A DNA stretch of 59,267 nucleotides from Hyphomicrobiales bacterium. GTDB taxonomy: Bacteria; Pseudomonadota; Alphaproteobacteria; Rhizobiales; Beijerinckiaceae. Below are positions 1 to 9,207 of the stretch, piece after piece. Every line of letters starts with the position of its first letter. The first letter of the stretch is position 1. Location: positions 1-59,267 of the forward strand of contig JAFAQA010000524.1 in the NCBI GenBank assembly GCA_019246665.1. Reading direction: 5' to 3'. The translations under genes were made by a program, and so were the position numbers. The notes below the pieces were generated by a model that did not search any database, was not told where the DNA came from, and saw nothing but the letters and a program-made list of their open reading frames with translations.

Positions 1-2
1 CT

Positions 3-956
3 GACGATCTTCCCCATGTCGTCGAGGTGTTCACAAAATCGATCGCCTCCGGCGTTCCATATCATCTCGAACAGCGCTTGCGACGCTTCGACGGGGAATA
101 TCGCTGGCTTGACAACCGCGGCGTCCCAATTCGTGATGACTCTGGGCGTATCACGCGCTGGTATGTTCTCCTGACGGACATCGAGGATCGCACACAAGCG
201 CTGGCGCAGTTACAGCAGATGCAATCGGATTTCACCCACATGAACCGTGTGAGTATGATGGGAGAATTGGCAGCCTCGCTTTCACACGAGATTGCGCAAC
301 CGATCGCCAGCGCGCGCAACAACGCCCGGGCAGCCCAGAATTTTCTGAACACGCGGCCGCTGGACCTGGGCGAGGTGAGGGAAGCACTCTCCTGTGTCGT
401 TGGCGACGCTGATCGAGCCGGAGACATCATCGATCGCATCCGTGAGCAAATTAAGAAGGCGCCACCCCGAAAGGAGCGTTTCGAACTTAATGCGGCAGTC
501 AATGAGGTGATCATATTGGCGCGAAGCGTGACCAACCCCAATCGCGTCTCGGTCCAGACCCGGCTTGCGGAGGGATTGCTTCCAGTTCTGGGGGATCGCA
601 TTCAGCTGCAACAAGTCTTACTGAACCTGATGCTGAACGCGGTCGAAGCAATGGCTTCGGTCGAGGCGGGGCCACGAGAGCTGTTGATCAGCACCGAGCA
701 AGATCACACAGGCGTCATCGTGGCCGTGCGCGATTCCGGGCCGGGCATTGCCCCAGAAAATCTCGGGCGCGTTTTCAAGTCTTTTTATACGACAAAGCCT
801 GGCGGAACAGGGATGGGGCTGTCGATTTGCCAGTCGATCATAGACGCCCACGGCGGCCGGCTGTGGGCAGATGCGAATGAACCCCGAGGCGCCGTATTTC
901 AGTTCACCTTGCCCGGTACCGAGAGAGAAATCACGAAGCCTGTTCAGTCGACCTGA
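3..956 (+). CDS. PAS-domain sensor histidine kinase (NodV/FixL-like), 5'-truncated by the window edge
   Basis: The frame is open from base 3 (DDLPHVVEVF...). PAS/PAC motif RRFDGEYRW...TDIEDR, H-box GELAASLSHEIAQP, N-box QVLLNLMLNA, G-boxes DSGPGI and GTGMGLSI. Confidence 0.9.
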   Translation, partial: DDLPHVVEVFTKSIASGVPYHLEQRLRRFDGEYRWLDNRGVPIRDDSGRITRWYVLLTDIEDRTQALAQLQQMQSDFTHMNRVSMMGELAASLSHEIAQPIASARNNARAAQNFLNTRPLDLGEVREALSCVVGDADRAGDIIDRIREQIKKAPPRKERFELNAAVNEVIILARSVTNPNRVSVQTRLAEGLLPVLGDRIQLQQVLLNLMLNAVEAMASVEAGPRELLISTEQDHTGVIVAVRDSGPGIAPENLGRVFKSFYTTKPGGTGMGLSICQSIIDAHGGRLWADANEPRGAVFQFTLPGTEREITKPVQST

Positions 957-989
957 CCGGACGTGAGAGCGCGAGCGACCGCACTCCGC

Positions 990-1254
990 AGGAAGGGGCG
1001 AACGTATTTGGCGAGCATAATCCGGGCATCATGCCCCAGCGCCTTAGCCTCCGGCTGAGATGATGCGCTCCCACGCAAGCCTCCATGCCGATGAGGCAAA
1101 GGGGGCACGTTGGCGAGCGGCGTTTTCACCTGGCCACGTGACCACTTCAGTCGCAACGTGAGCGCGCCTCCCTCATCGTGGCCGACCACGTGGAACGCGT
1201 TCCTCCAATATCGATGCCGATGACCGCAATTGAGGCACTGAGCTTCTGAGAGAT
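990..1254 (-). mobile_element. Degenerate IS110-family transposase N-terminal remnant
   Basis: Joining frames gives SQKLSASIAVIGIDIG-NAFHVVGHDEGGALTLRLKWSRGQV...PP-CLIGMEACVGAHHLSRRL-KALGHDARIMLAKYVRPF, the IS110 DEDD domain. It has three frameshifts, an ATC where the start is expected, and no C-terminal part. Confidence 0.85.
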
Positions 1255-1797
1255 GGCGTGCTTCTTGTCTTTGGTAGCCCTTCTCAGCTTAGGCGCTGGC
1301 GGGCAAGGGAGCCCGGCCGGATCATTCATTAGCCGAAGTGGGCAGCCTGCTTTTGCTGCGATGCATTTCACAGCCTTGGACAAGCCATGTGTGTGGCCCC
1401 TGGCCTTAACGGGGTAGTCCGCGCGACGGTGCGATCTCGGTGCGCGTTACGTAGCTCGTCTGCACTCGACCCGCGCGCTTCCGACAGGAGCTTCGCGCTT
1501 AACAATGACGCCACGGTATTCGCTCCACCGATTATGCTGCCGCTTGTAAATTAAGGTTCACCGCGCTGAACCAAGAAGACGATCCCCCACAACCAGCGTC
1601 CAATAGATCGCGGCAGGCCAAAACACTAAATGCGTCTCATTAGTTGCGATCCGGTCATACGGCGTAGTGGATGACCGGCATCTAGATGCGAGGGGGCCAA
1701 TCACCGGCCCGAGCGCCCTTGACGTGAGACCGCGCGCTTAGCGGCCCTTAGGCGTATCTGACGCAACCGGCCGATCTGCACTCAACGTCAGCGACGA

Positions 1798-2100
1798 ATG
1801 AGGCGTGCCATGAACATTCCGACACACCCACGCAACTTGAGCATGGCTCGCGCCGCGTCCTGGTCGGATGCCTCGCAGCTGAAGCGCAGGTTGCTCGTCG
1901 CGGGACTGTCGCTTGCGCTGGTCTGCGTCGCAACTCTTGGTGTTCTGCGCGTTCTTCAGAGTTTCAGCAGCGATACGATCAGCGCCTGGCGTTTCGTGTT
2001 GCTCTTCGCCAACGCCTTCTTCTGCGTGACCGTCGCTTCCGCGCTCTATGCGCGCGGGCGGCAGCCTCGACGCAGAAGCGGCATTGGGCTCGGAAGATAG
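1798..2100 (+). CDS. Small hypothetical membrane protein (2 predicted TM helices)
   Basis: Hydrophobic segments LLVAGLSLALVCVATLGVL and FVLLFANAFFCVTVASALYA. Start is uncertain (1798 or 1810, the latter after GAGG). Confidence 0.45.
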   Translation: MRRAMNIPTHPRNLSMARAASWSDASQLKRRLLVAGLSLALVCVATLGVLRVLQSFSSDTISAWRFVLLFANAFFCVTVASALYARGRQPRRRSGIGLGR

Positions 2101-2139
2101 TTGCGCCAATACGCCTGAAGCCGCGCTTGGAGGAGAATT

Positions 2140-2391
2140 ATGGCCCGGATCGACGAGCGGTTGCAGCATCGCAGAGCCTCGAAGGCGGTCGCAATCAACC
2201 GGGCGCCGCGCCAGCGCTTGGCGGCGCGCGTCATCACCCTTCCCGCCGTGCTCGCGGCACTCGCGGCGCTGGTGCAGATCTATGACAGCGTCAGTGGCAA
2301 AGGCAGCTTGTGGACGGTATTCGTCTCCATCGCGATCACAGCATGGTGGGTCACGATTGCAATCTACCTGAGTGACCGGCGCGGTCGATAG
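2140..2391 (+). CDS. Small hypothetical membrane protein (2 predicted TM helices)
   Basis: Strong RBS GGAGGAG before the ATG; hydrophobic segments VITLPAVLAALAALVQIY and LWTVFVSIAITAWWVTIAIYL. Confidence 0.55.
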   Translation: MARIDERLQHRRASKAVAINRAPRQRLAARVITLPAVLAALAALVQIYDSVSGKGSLWTVFVSIAITAWWVTIAIYLSDRRGR

Positions 2392-2587
2392 CCGTGGGGA
2401 TCGGTCTGTGGTCAAAGGGAACTACAAGATGAGGTCCAGTCATGTTCCCAGCTCATCGCAGCCGCAGGGCCTCTGCGCATCGCACCGACGCTCCGGCCGC
2501 CTGAAAGGTGTCGATTGCTGCGAGGTTGCCCCGCGCCCCCGACTTCTCTCCGCGTTGCGGAATTTCCACCGCATCAACTGCAATCGC

Positions 2588-2828
2588 ATGGCGCCTCTAT
2601 CACGGAACCGAGTTCGCCAAGGGTCAGGTGAAGGACACAAACTTCGAAACTTACACGCCGCTGCGCATTGGCGACGTGCCTGAGCTCGACATCGAGTCCA
2701 TGGAAGGCGTTGAGGCACCGGTCGGCCTCGGCGGCACTGTGATTTTGCGGCGACGGGATTCGGTTACTATCCCGATTCGGCCGGTCGCCGTGCTCGAGGC
2801 GCTCGCGTCTAAAAAAACAGGACACTGA
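2588..2828 (+). pseudogene. C-terminal remnant of a molybdopterin aldehyde/isoquinoline oxidoreductase large subunit
   Basis: HGTEFAKGQVKDTNFETYTPLRIGDVPELDIE...PVGLG...PIRPVAVLEAL matches the xanthine-dehydrogenase-family C-terminus. The upstream gene body is absent and the GEP motif is lost. Confidence 0.7.
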
Positions 2829-3043
2829 CGCGTTCCGCTGCGTGCATTCAACAAAATTCGAAGAGGAGAATGCCTACGACGCCCCTAACGGATGGGTGCA
2901 ACTGTCGTTTGTTATTCATGCCGTCGCTATGAAGATTTGCTGGAATTTGCTCAGATTCACTCACGCTTTTGCGCCCCCTCGTGTAGGGGTCAAAGTCGAG
3001 AAGCCGGCAGCGAAACGCGTCGGCTGAACGGAGCGAAACGGCG

Positions 3044-3790
3044 ATGCAGCGGCCCACCGGACGCATCGAGATATTGCCGAATCCGCCGGCGCTGGCGCAC
3101 CACGTGGCGGAATGGATGACGCAAGCGGCATTGGCGGCGCAAGGTTCTTTCCGTGTGTCCCTCTCGGGTGGATCGACCCCGAAGAGACTTTACAAACTTC
3201 TCGCGTCAGACGAATTCAGGGATCGTTTCCCTTGGCAGCGGGTGTCCTGGTACTGGGGAGACGAACGCTTTGTCCCCCACGATCATCCCGACAGCAACTA
3301 TCGGATGACCCGCGAAGCGATGCTCGCCAAGGCGCCGGTGGCGCCGGAAAACATTCACCCCGTTCCGACCGACGGCACGCCCGAAGATGCCGCGCGGGGC
3401 TACGAGCGGACATTGCAGAAGGCCTACGGCGCGACGACGCTCGATCCGGAGCGCCCGCTTTTCGATGTCACACTGCTCGGGCTCGGGCCTGATGGGCATA
3501 CCGCATCACTGCTGCCCGGAGAGTCGGTGCTGAATGAGCGTGCGCGTTGGGTGGTCGCCGTCTCGCACGGCCGGCCTGAAGTGCGGATCACCATGACTTA
3601 TCCGGTGATTGAGAGTAGCCGGCGAGTCGCATTTCTGGTCGCTGGCGACGAAAAGGCGGCCATCTTCAGCGCGATTCGCGCCGGTAACAGTCAAGTACCG
3701 GCTGCGCGGGTTCAGCCGGTCGGTGAGTTACTTTGGTTTGTCGATCAAGCAGCTGCCGGCGAAGGAGACGCACGGGGACGCGCGCAATGA
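3044..3790 (+). CDS. pgl: 6-phosphogluconolactonase
   Basis: LSGGSTP, WGDERFVP, SNY and LLGLGPDGHTASL motifs. Confidence 0.95.
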   Translation: MQRPTGRIEILPNPPALAHHVAEWMTQAALAAQGSFRVSLSGGSTPKRLYKLLASDEFRDRFPWQRVSWYWGDERFVPHDHPDSNYRMTREAMLAKAPVAPENIHPVPTDGTPEDAARGYERTLQKAYGATTLDPERPLFDVTLLGLGPDGHTASLLPGESVLNERARWVVAVSHGRPEVRITMTYPVIESSRRVAFLVAGDEKAAIFSAIRAGNSQVPAARVQPVGELLWFVDQAAAGEGDARGRAQ

Positions 3791-4518
3791 CATCGGGAAG
3801 AGCTTCCACACTGGAACCCGAGCGTGTCATTCGACGGACGCCGTCAATCATCATCGCGCCCTCCATTCTGTCGGCCGATTTTGCGCGCTTGGGTGAAGAA
3901 GTTCGTGCCGTTGACGCCGCCGGCGCAGACTGGATCCATGTGGATGTGATGGACGGCCGTTTCGTTCCGAACATCACCATCGGCCCGATCGTCCTGCAGG
4001 CGATCCGCCGCTCGACCGCAAAGCCCCTCAACGTTCATCTGATGATGGTCGAGCCGGAGCGCTATCTCGCCGCCTTCGCTGACGCCGGCGCCGATCATCT
4101 CTTGGTGCAAGCCGAGCCGGGCTCGACTATCCATCTGCATCGCGTTCTGTCGCAAATCCGCGCGCTCGGCAAGAAGGCGGGCGTGGTGCTCGATCCGGCC
4201 AGCCCGCCAGAGCTGGTCGAATATGTCTTGCCCGCGTGTGACATCATCCTTGTCATGACGGTCAATCCAGGGTTCGGCGGCCAGACTTTCCTCCCCGAAA
4301 TGTTGCCAAAGATCATGCGTCTCCGGGTGATGTGCGCAGAGCGTGATCTGCATCCCATGATCGAAGTCGACGGCGGCGAGAAGACGACGACGGCCGCGCA
4401 GGCCGCGGCCGCCGGCGCAACGGCGATTGTGGCTGGCTCGGCGATTTTTCGGACCAGGGATTACGCCAAGGCGATTGCGGACATCCGCACAAGCGCCGCC
4501 GCCGCGGTAATGTCATGA
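3787..4518 (+). CDS. rpe: Ribulose-phosphate 3-epimerase
   Basis: IAPSILSADF, HVDVMDGRFVPN, MTVNPGFGGQ and VDGG motifs; ATGA overlap with the pgl stop. Confidence 0.95.
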   Translation: MTSGRASTLEPERVIRRTPSIIIAPSILSADFARLGEEVRAVDAAGADWIHVDVMDGRFVPNITIGPIVLQAIRRSTAKPLNVHLMMVEPERYLAAFADAGADHLLVQAEPGSTIHLHRVLSQIRALGKKAGVVLDPASPPELVEYVLPACDIILVMTVNPGFGGQTFLPEMLPKIMRLRVMCAERDLHPMIEVDGGEKTTTAAQAAAAGATAIVAGSAIFRTRDYAKAIADIRTSAAAAVMS

Positions 4519-5864
4519 ACGCGGCCGCGTCCTCGCCCGACACGGAACGGGACGCTCTCAAGCGCGCTGCCGCCGAGGCAGCGGCCCAATTGGTCGAGAA
4601 TGACATGGTGGTCGGACTCGGCAGCGGGTCGACTGCGGCCTTTGCGGTCGAGGCGCTGGCGCGGCGTCAGCGGCAAGGTCTGCGCTTTGTCGGCATTCCT
4701 ACCTCGGAGCGCACTGCGGCGCAGGCGAAGGCAGCGGACATTCCGCTCACTTCGTTCAGCGAATATCGCCAGATCGATCTCACGATCGACGGTGCCGACG
4801 AAGTGGAGCGCGGCACGCTCAATCTGATCAAGGGACTGGGCGGAGCCTTGTTGCGCGAGAAGATCGTCGCGGCTGCAAGCCACCGACTTGCCATCGTTGT
4901 CGACAGGACCAAGCTAGTGGACCGGCTTGGTGAGCGCACACCGGTCCCTGTGGAAGTGGTGGCTTTCGGCATTGAGGCAACACGGGAGTCGCTCGAAGTA
5001 ATCGGCGCCAGCACGCATATGCGCATGTCGTCAGGCGCTCCGTTTGTCAGCGACAGCGGCAACCGCATTCTAGACTGCGACTTCGGGCCCATCGCCGATC
5101 CAGCGCGATTGGATGAACGCATCAGGCGCATCGTCGGTGTGGTTGAAAGCGGACTTTTCATTAGCCGCGCCGGCCCGGTCTTTGTCGCTGATGCAGCCGG
5201 CGTCCACCGCCTCTGCAGCGCCCGCGCCCATCGGGGCAGTCCGCCGATCTTGGTGATCATGGGCGTGTCCGGGTCCGGCAAATCGACCATCGCCGAAGAA
5301 TTAGCCGCGCGGCTCGGCTGGCCGTTCGAGGAAGGCGATACGCTGCATCCGGAATCGAATATCACCAAGATGCACGCGGGAATTCCACTGACGGATGCAG
5401 ACCGCGGCCCGTGGCTCGAGCGCGTGGCCGCCTGGATCGATCGACAGCGCGCCATGAAGCAGCCCGGCATCATCACATGCTCTGCGCTCAAGCGGGCCTA
5501 TCGCCAGATCATCATCGGCGACCGGCCGGAGGTGCGCCTGGTCTATCTGCGGCTCGGTCGGGACTTGATGGCGGAGCATTTGTCGGGACGCCAGGGTCAT
5601 TCTATGCCCGCAGCGTTGCTGCGAAGCCAGATCGACACTCTCGAAGAACCGGATCCGAGTGAGGACCCGCTGACAGTCGACGTGAGAGCGCCCGCGACCT
5701 ATCTCGCTAACGAGATCATCCGGCTTCTCGGTGCTTCGGCAACTGTGGCAGGCGGCAACTCATTGCGACGACGAAAGGCATATGGGGAGCACGATTGCTC
5801 CGTCGATCCGGACACGCCGATTCCGGCCACCTCGTTCGCTGATGATGAATTTCCACTTCCCTGA
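4515..5864 (+). CDS. rpiA: Ribose-5-phosphate isomerase A fused to gluconokinase (GntK/IdnK type)
   Basis: N-part has GLGSGST, DGADEV, KGLGGALLREK and GVVESGLF. C-part from ~5247 has the P-loop GVSGSGKS, EGDTLHP...KM..GIPLTDADR.PWL, CSALKR.YR and SQ..TLEEP. Single uninterrupted frame. Confidence 0.9.
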   Translation: MNAAASSPDTERDALKRAAAEAAAQLVENDMVVGLGSGSTAAFAVEALARRQRQGLRFVGIPTSERTAAQAKAADIPLTSFSEYRQIDLTIDGADEVERGTLNLIKGLGGALLREKIVAAASHRLAIVVDRTKLVDRLGERTPVPVEVVAFGIEATRESLEVIGASTHMRMSSGAPFVSDSGNRILDCDFGPIADPARLDERIRRIVGVVESGLFISRAGPVFVADAAGVHRLCSARAHRGSPPILVIMGVSGSGKSTIAEELAARLGWPFEEGDTLHPESNITKMHAGIPLTDADRGPWLERVAAWIDRQRAMKQPGIITCSALKRAYRQIIIGDRPEVRLVYLRLGRDLMAEHLSGRQGHSMPAALLRSQIDTLEEPDPSEDPLTVDVRAPATYLANEIIRLLGASATVAGGNSLRRRKAYGEHDCSVDPDTPIPATSFADDEFPLP

Positions 5865-6051
5865 TAGGCTCAATTAAATTCCCGGTTCGTACGCGCAGGG
5901 AATCTTCAATCTAACAGACTGCGATTGGGACTAATCTGGCTTAAATAAATCGCCAAATCTAAGGTGATTTTTGAATAATCCCTGTTTAATTCCCTGATAT
6001 CAGGGAATTCCCAGGTGCAGACCGGTTCGCCAGAGACCACGTCATCAGCCA
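5857..6051. repeat. AT-rich element with repeated TTCCCTG/CAGGGAA half-sites, a perfect 22-bp palindrome and a tRNA-3'-like end
   Basis: AATTCCCTGATATCAGGGAATT at 5988-6009; further half-sites near 5857, 5877, 5896 and 5977; GGTTCG...CAGCCA at 6024-6051. Confidence 0.7.
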
Positions 6052-6169
6052 GGCATTTTTCTTTTCGTTCAGTTACTTACGTACCCACCGACGCGGCCTC
6101 TTCTTTACCGGGAGAACCGCTCGCCCCAGTTCGGCCAACCTAGCTTCTTTTCAGTCGCTGCAGCTTTCT

Positions 6170-6454
6170 CTTGTCGAGATGCGAACCGCCCAAGTCGCCA
6201 TGCGGGTCTTTGTGGAGCATGCGCTTCAAGTGTTGGCGACCGGTGGGCCCGAACAGGTGGCATCTATGGCCAATTAACTATTACGCCGAACGGCTGCAGG
6301 AGATTGTTGCAACGACATGCGCATCGTGGAGGGCGCATTCCTCGCATTCGAGCAAGTCTCGCGCTATTACTACGCGGCGCCATTTAGCCTTTACGCTGGC
6401 GGAACGATCGAAATCCAGAAGAGTCTGATTGCACCGGAGCAGGGGATTGGCTGA
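6170..6454 (+). pseudogene. Frameshifted 3' remnant of an acyl-CoA dehydrogenase
   Basis: Frames give LVEMRTAQVAMRVFV...VASMAN*, NYYAERLQEIV and SLYAGGTIEIQKSLIA, resembling the ACAD C-terminal ASMAK and IYGGTSEIQR.II motifs. Confidence 0.6.
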
Positions 6455-6513
6455 ACCAACTGCATCAACCTTGCCCTCACACCGACCGCTTCGCCAGGGA
6501 TAAGGGATACGAA

Positions 6514-7674
6514 GTGAAACAATTGATTAGTGACGCCAAGGAGCTTGACAGGTACGAGCTCATCGGTGCGAACGCTTCTCCATATTCGCGCAAACTGTTG
6601 GCCGTCCTGCGCTATCGGCGTCTACCCTACACCTGGCGGGTCCAGGACCCGGCGACATTGCCTTCCGATGTTGCCGGGCAGTTGCGATTGATGCCAATGC
6701 TGCGCATGTCCGACGGCAAGCGCTTTGAATGCGATTCGACGCCCCTGGCGCACATGCTGGAGGCGCGCCATCCCAAGGTGCGCTCAATCATTCCGGACGA
6801 TCCGGCGGCGGCGTTCCTCTGCCACTTGATAGAGGACTACGCCGACGAGTGGTGCACTAAGATGATGTACTATTTCCGCTGGAGTGACGCAGAGGCCGCG
6901 CGGATTTGCGCGAGGTGGGTGATCCGCGACCTGCGACCGGAGCTGCACGGGGCCGAACTCGCCGCGGCGCAGAGCGCCTTTTTCCAGCGTCAGCGCGACC
7001 GGCGGGAAATGGTCGGCTGTGCGCCTGAGAACGGACCGTTGATTGAAGCGCATTTCGGGGAGTTGTTGCGAACGTTGAACCTGCTCGGCGGGCCGGATCG
7101 ATACCTCTTTGGCACCCGCCCTTCGCTCGCCGACTTCGCGCTTTATGGGCAACTTTTCCAGCTGACCCTCGATTCGTGGCCACAGGCTGTCGTGCGCCGC
7201 GATGCGCCGCTCGTGGAGAACTGGGTTTGCCGTCTGGATGATGCGTCCGGCGTGGACGGCGAGTGGGATGCACTTGACGGGGGCGCCAGTTATGCCGCGA
7301 GAATGGCCACCTTGCGCATGATTGGCCGTGGCTACCTGCCGTTCCTTGTCAAGAACGCTGTTGCGATCACCGCCGGCGAGCAAACCGTTGAACTTGAAAT
7401 CGACCACCACCTGTACTCGCAGCCGGCCTTCAAATACCAGGCAAAGTGCTTCGACCAAATAGCACAACACTGGAGCGTCCTCGCCGAATCTGATCGATCC
7501 AGACTATCACCCTTGCTCAGCGAGACTGGTTGCTTGCCTTACTTGAAGGGTGATTGGCGGGAGAAAGCGATCGCCAAAACCATTCCGGACAGACACAGCG
7601 TTTCGCGAGCCTCGGTTATAGCCAATGAGGCGCAAAATACTGTCAGAGAAGATCGTCAAGAACAAAAGAGTTGA
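6514..7674 (+). CDS. Glutathione S-transferase-like protein
   Basis: SPYSRK...LRYRR N-terminal motif, DSTPL, LIEDYADEW, and YLFGTRPSLADFALYGQL (GST C-terminal motif). Confidence 0.85.
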   Translation: MKQLISDAKELDRYELIGANASPYSRKLLAVLRYRRLPYTWRVQDPATLPSDVAGQLRLMPMLRMSDGKRFECDSTPLAHMLEARHPKVRSIIPDDPAAAFLCHLIEDYADEWCTKMMYYFRWSDAEAARICARWVIRDLRPELHGAELAAAQSAFFQRQRDRREMVGCAPENGPLIEAHFGELLRTLNLLGGPDRYLFGTRPSLADFALYGQLFQLTLDSWPQAVVRRDAPLVENWVCRLDDASGVDGEWDALDGGASYAARMATLRMIGRGYLPFLVKNAVAITAGEQTVELEIDHHLYSQPAFKYQAKCFDQIAQHWSVLAESDRSRLSPLLSETGCLPYLKGDWREKAIAKTIPDRHSVSRASVIANEAQNTVREDRQEQKS

Positions 7675-8101
7675 ATCGCGATCCGATTACGCATCCGATC
7701 AACATATGCTCGCCCTTCGATCACACAAACCGCAATGAAGGGTCCTGAACTGACTTAATGCGGCGAGGTGATAGGCGGTCGGGCACAAGATGATGCTGCC
7801 GATGACGATTGATCTCTGCCGGGGTCGGGAAAGCCATTCGTCATCCTTCCGGAACCCCAAGCGGACTTCGTCCCGCAACCATATCAATCTCTGGTTTCCA
7901 GGCGCATGATGCGAAAGCACCTTGACGCCGTGGGCGCTGGCCTCGCTACCAGTTTAGCTAAGCCTGGCGGGGACGTTACTGGGTGAATTTGGGCCGCCAG
8001 TTCTCTCTCGGACGTTTTGCAACGTCCGAGATGAGTTTCGTCGAATGCGCCTTGCGACTCCGACCGCAGCAAACTTGTTTGTACACCTAGCCATTGCTGT
8101 C

Positions 8102-8323
8102 TCAGCAAGTGATCCAAGTGTGTGAGGCCATGCATGCGCCAGGGTCGGTTCGGTCTTGCCGCCTAGCCTGCCGGTCGCCTGCTCGAGGCGCTGGTTGTAT
8201 GAGGTCAACGCTCAAGCTTGAGAACTGAGGCTCCGCGCGGCGGCAACAGTCCGGGGAGAAGATCGAATCGGAACAAGCGGCCAAGCCGAACGAAGTGACC
8301 ACGAGAAGCGCAACTTTGCGCAT
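8102..8323 (-). CDS. Putative small lipoprotein or truncated lipoprotein remnant
   Basis: RBS GGAGGAG, then MRKVALLVVTSFGLAAC (lipobox LAAC). The downstream part has no recognisable family. Confidence 0.35.
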   Translation of the reverse strand: MRKVALLVVTSFGLAACSDSIFSPDCCRRAEPQFSSLSVDLIQPAPRAGDRQARRQDRTDPGACMASHTWITC

Positions 8324-8514
8324 TTGCTCCTCCCTTGCCATCGCCTGTCATGCGAGTGTGAGTCGCCTGCCTTCGTCGCCGAATAAGTGCCACAGCCCGG
8401 CACCGGTGAAGCTCACGAGTGCTTCCCATAGCGGATTCAAAGCACGACCGGCACATCCATGCAACGCGGATTATTGCGCCGGGGGCACGCTCGTCGAGCG
8501 ACGAGGCAGGCTTG

Positions 8515-8997
8515 TCAACGCGGGATGTCGCGGAGGGGCGCCGGAATACTCTCTGGCATGCTCCCCAATACGTGGAGCGCCGTGAGCATCGCGACGAGGT
8601 AGCCATAGGGCCCCAGCCCGGCGATCACGCCTTTAACGACCGTCGACAATATCGAGTGCCGGTGCAATTCGTCGCGGGCATGGATATTCGAGATATGTAC
8701 CTCGAAGATCGGGCCTTCGAAAATCTTCAACGCGTCGAGAATCGCGATCGAGGAGAAGGAATATCCGGCCGGGTTGATGATGATCGCGTCTGCCTCTTTG
8801 CGAGCGGCCTGGATGTGGTCGACGAGCACGCCCTGATGATTCGATTGATAAAACGCAAGTGTCGCGCCGACGAAATCCGCCAACTTTTCGCAACTGGCCT
8901 TGATCATATCGAGCGTAGTCGTGCCGTAGATATGCGGCTCCCTGATGCCGAGGAGATTGAGATTCGGCCCATTAAGGATCATCAGCCGTGCCATCAT
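8515..8997 (-). CDS. aroQ: Type II 3-dehydroquinate dehydratase
   Basis: LNGPNLNLLGIREPHIYG, QSNH.G, IINPA and EVHISN motifs. Confidence 0.93.
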   Translation of the reverse strand: MMARLMILNGPNLNLLGIREPHIYGTTTLDMIKASCEKLADFVGATLAFYQSNHQGVLVDHIQAARKEADAIIINPAGYSFSSIAILDALKIFEGPIFEVHISNIHARDELHRHSILSTVVKGVIAGLGPYGYLVAMLTALHVLGSMPESIPAPLRDIPR

Positions 8998-9207
8998 TCA
9001 TGTCCCTCATTCGATCCGTCCTTCACAGGTCGTCTCGAACCTGAAGCATCGAACATCGTTTCGCATGACACGAAATTCTGTTTCCGTGCATATCGAGCAA
9101 GATATTAGAGCATTTGCATTTTGCCTAGCTTTTCCGCAACCATATGATAAACGGGATTTCATTCGAGGATAGAACTGCCATCCAAGGGAGGCAGGGGCGA
9201 AACAAGG

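Noticed and set aside
6015-6051. Possible tRNA gene
   Set aside because: Only a GGTTCG...CCA-like end is present. No D arm, anticodon arm or acceptor-stem pairing is visible.
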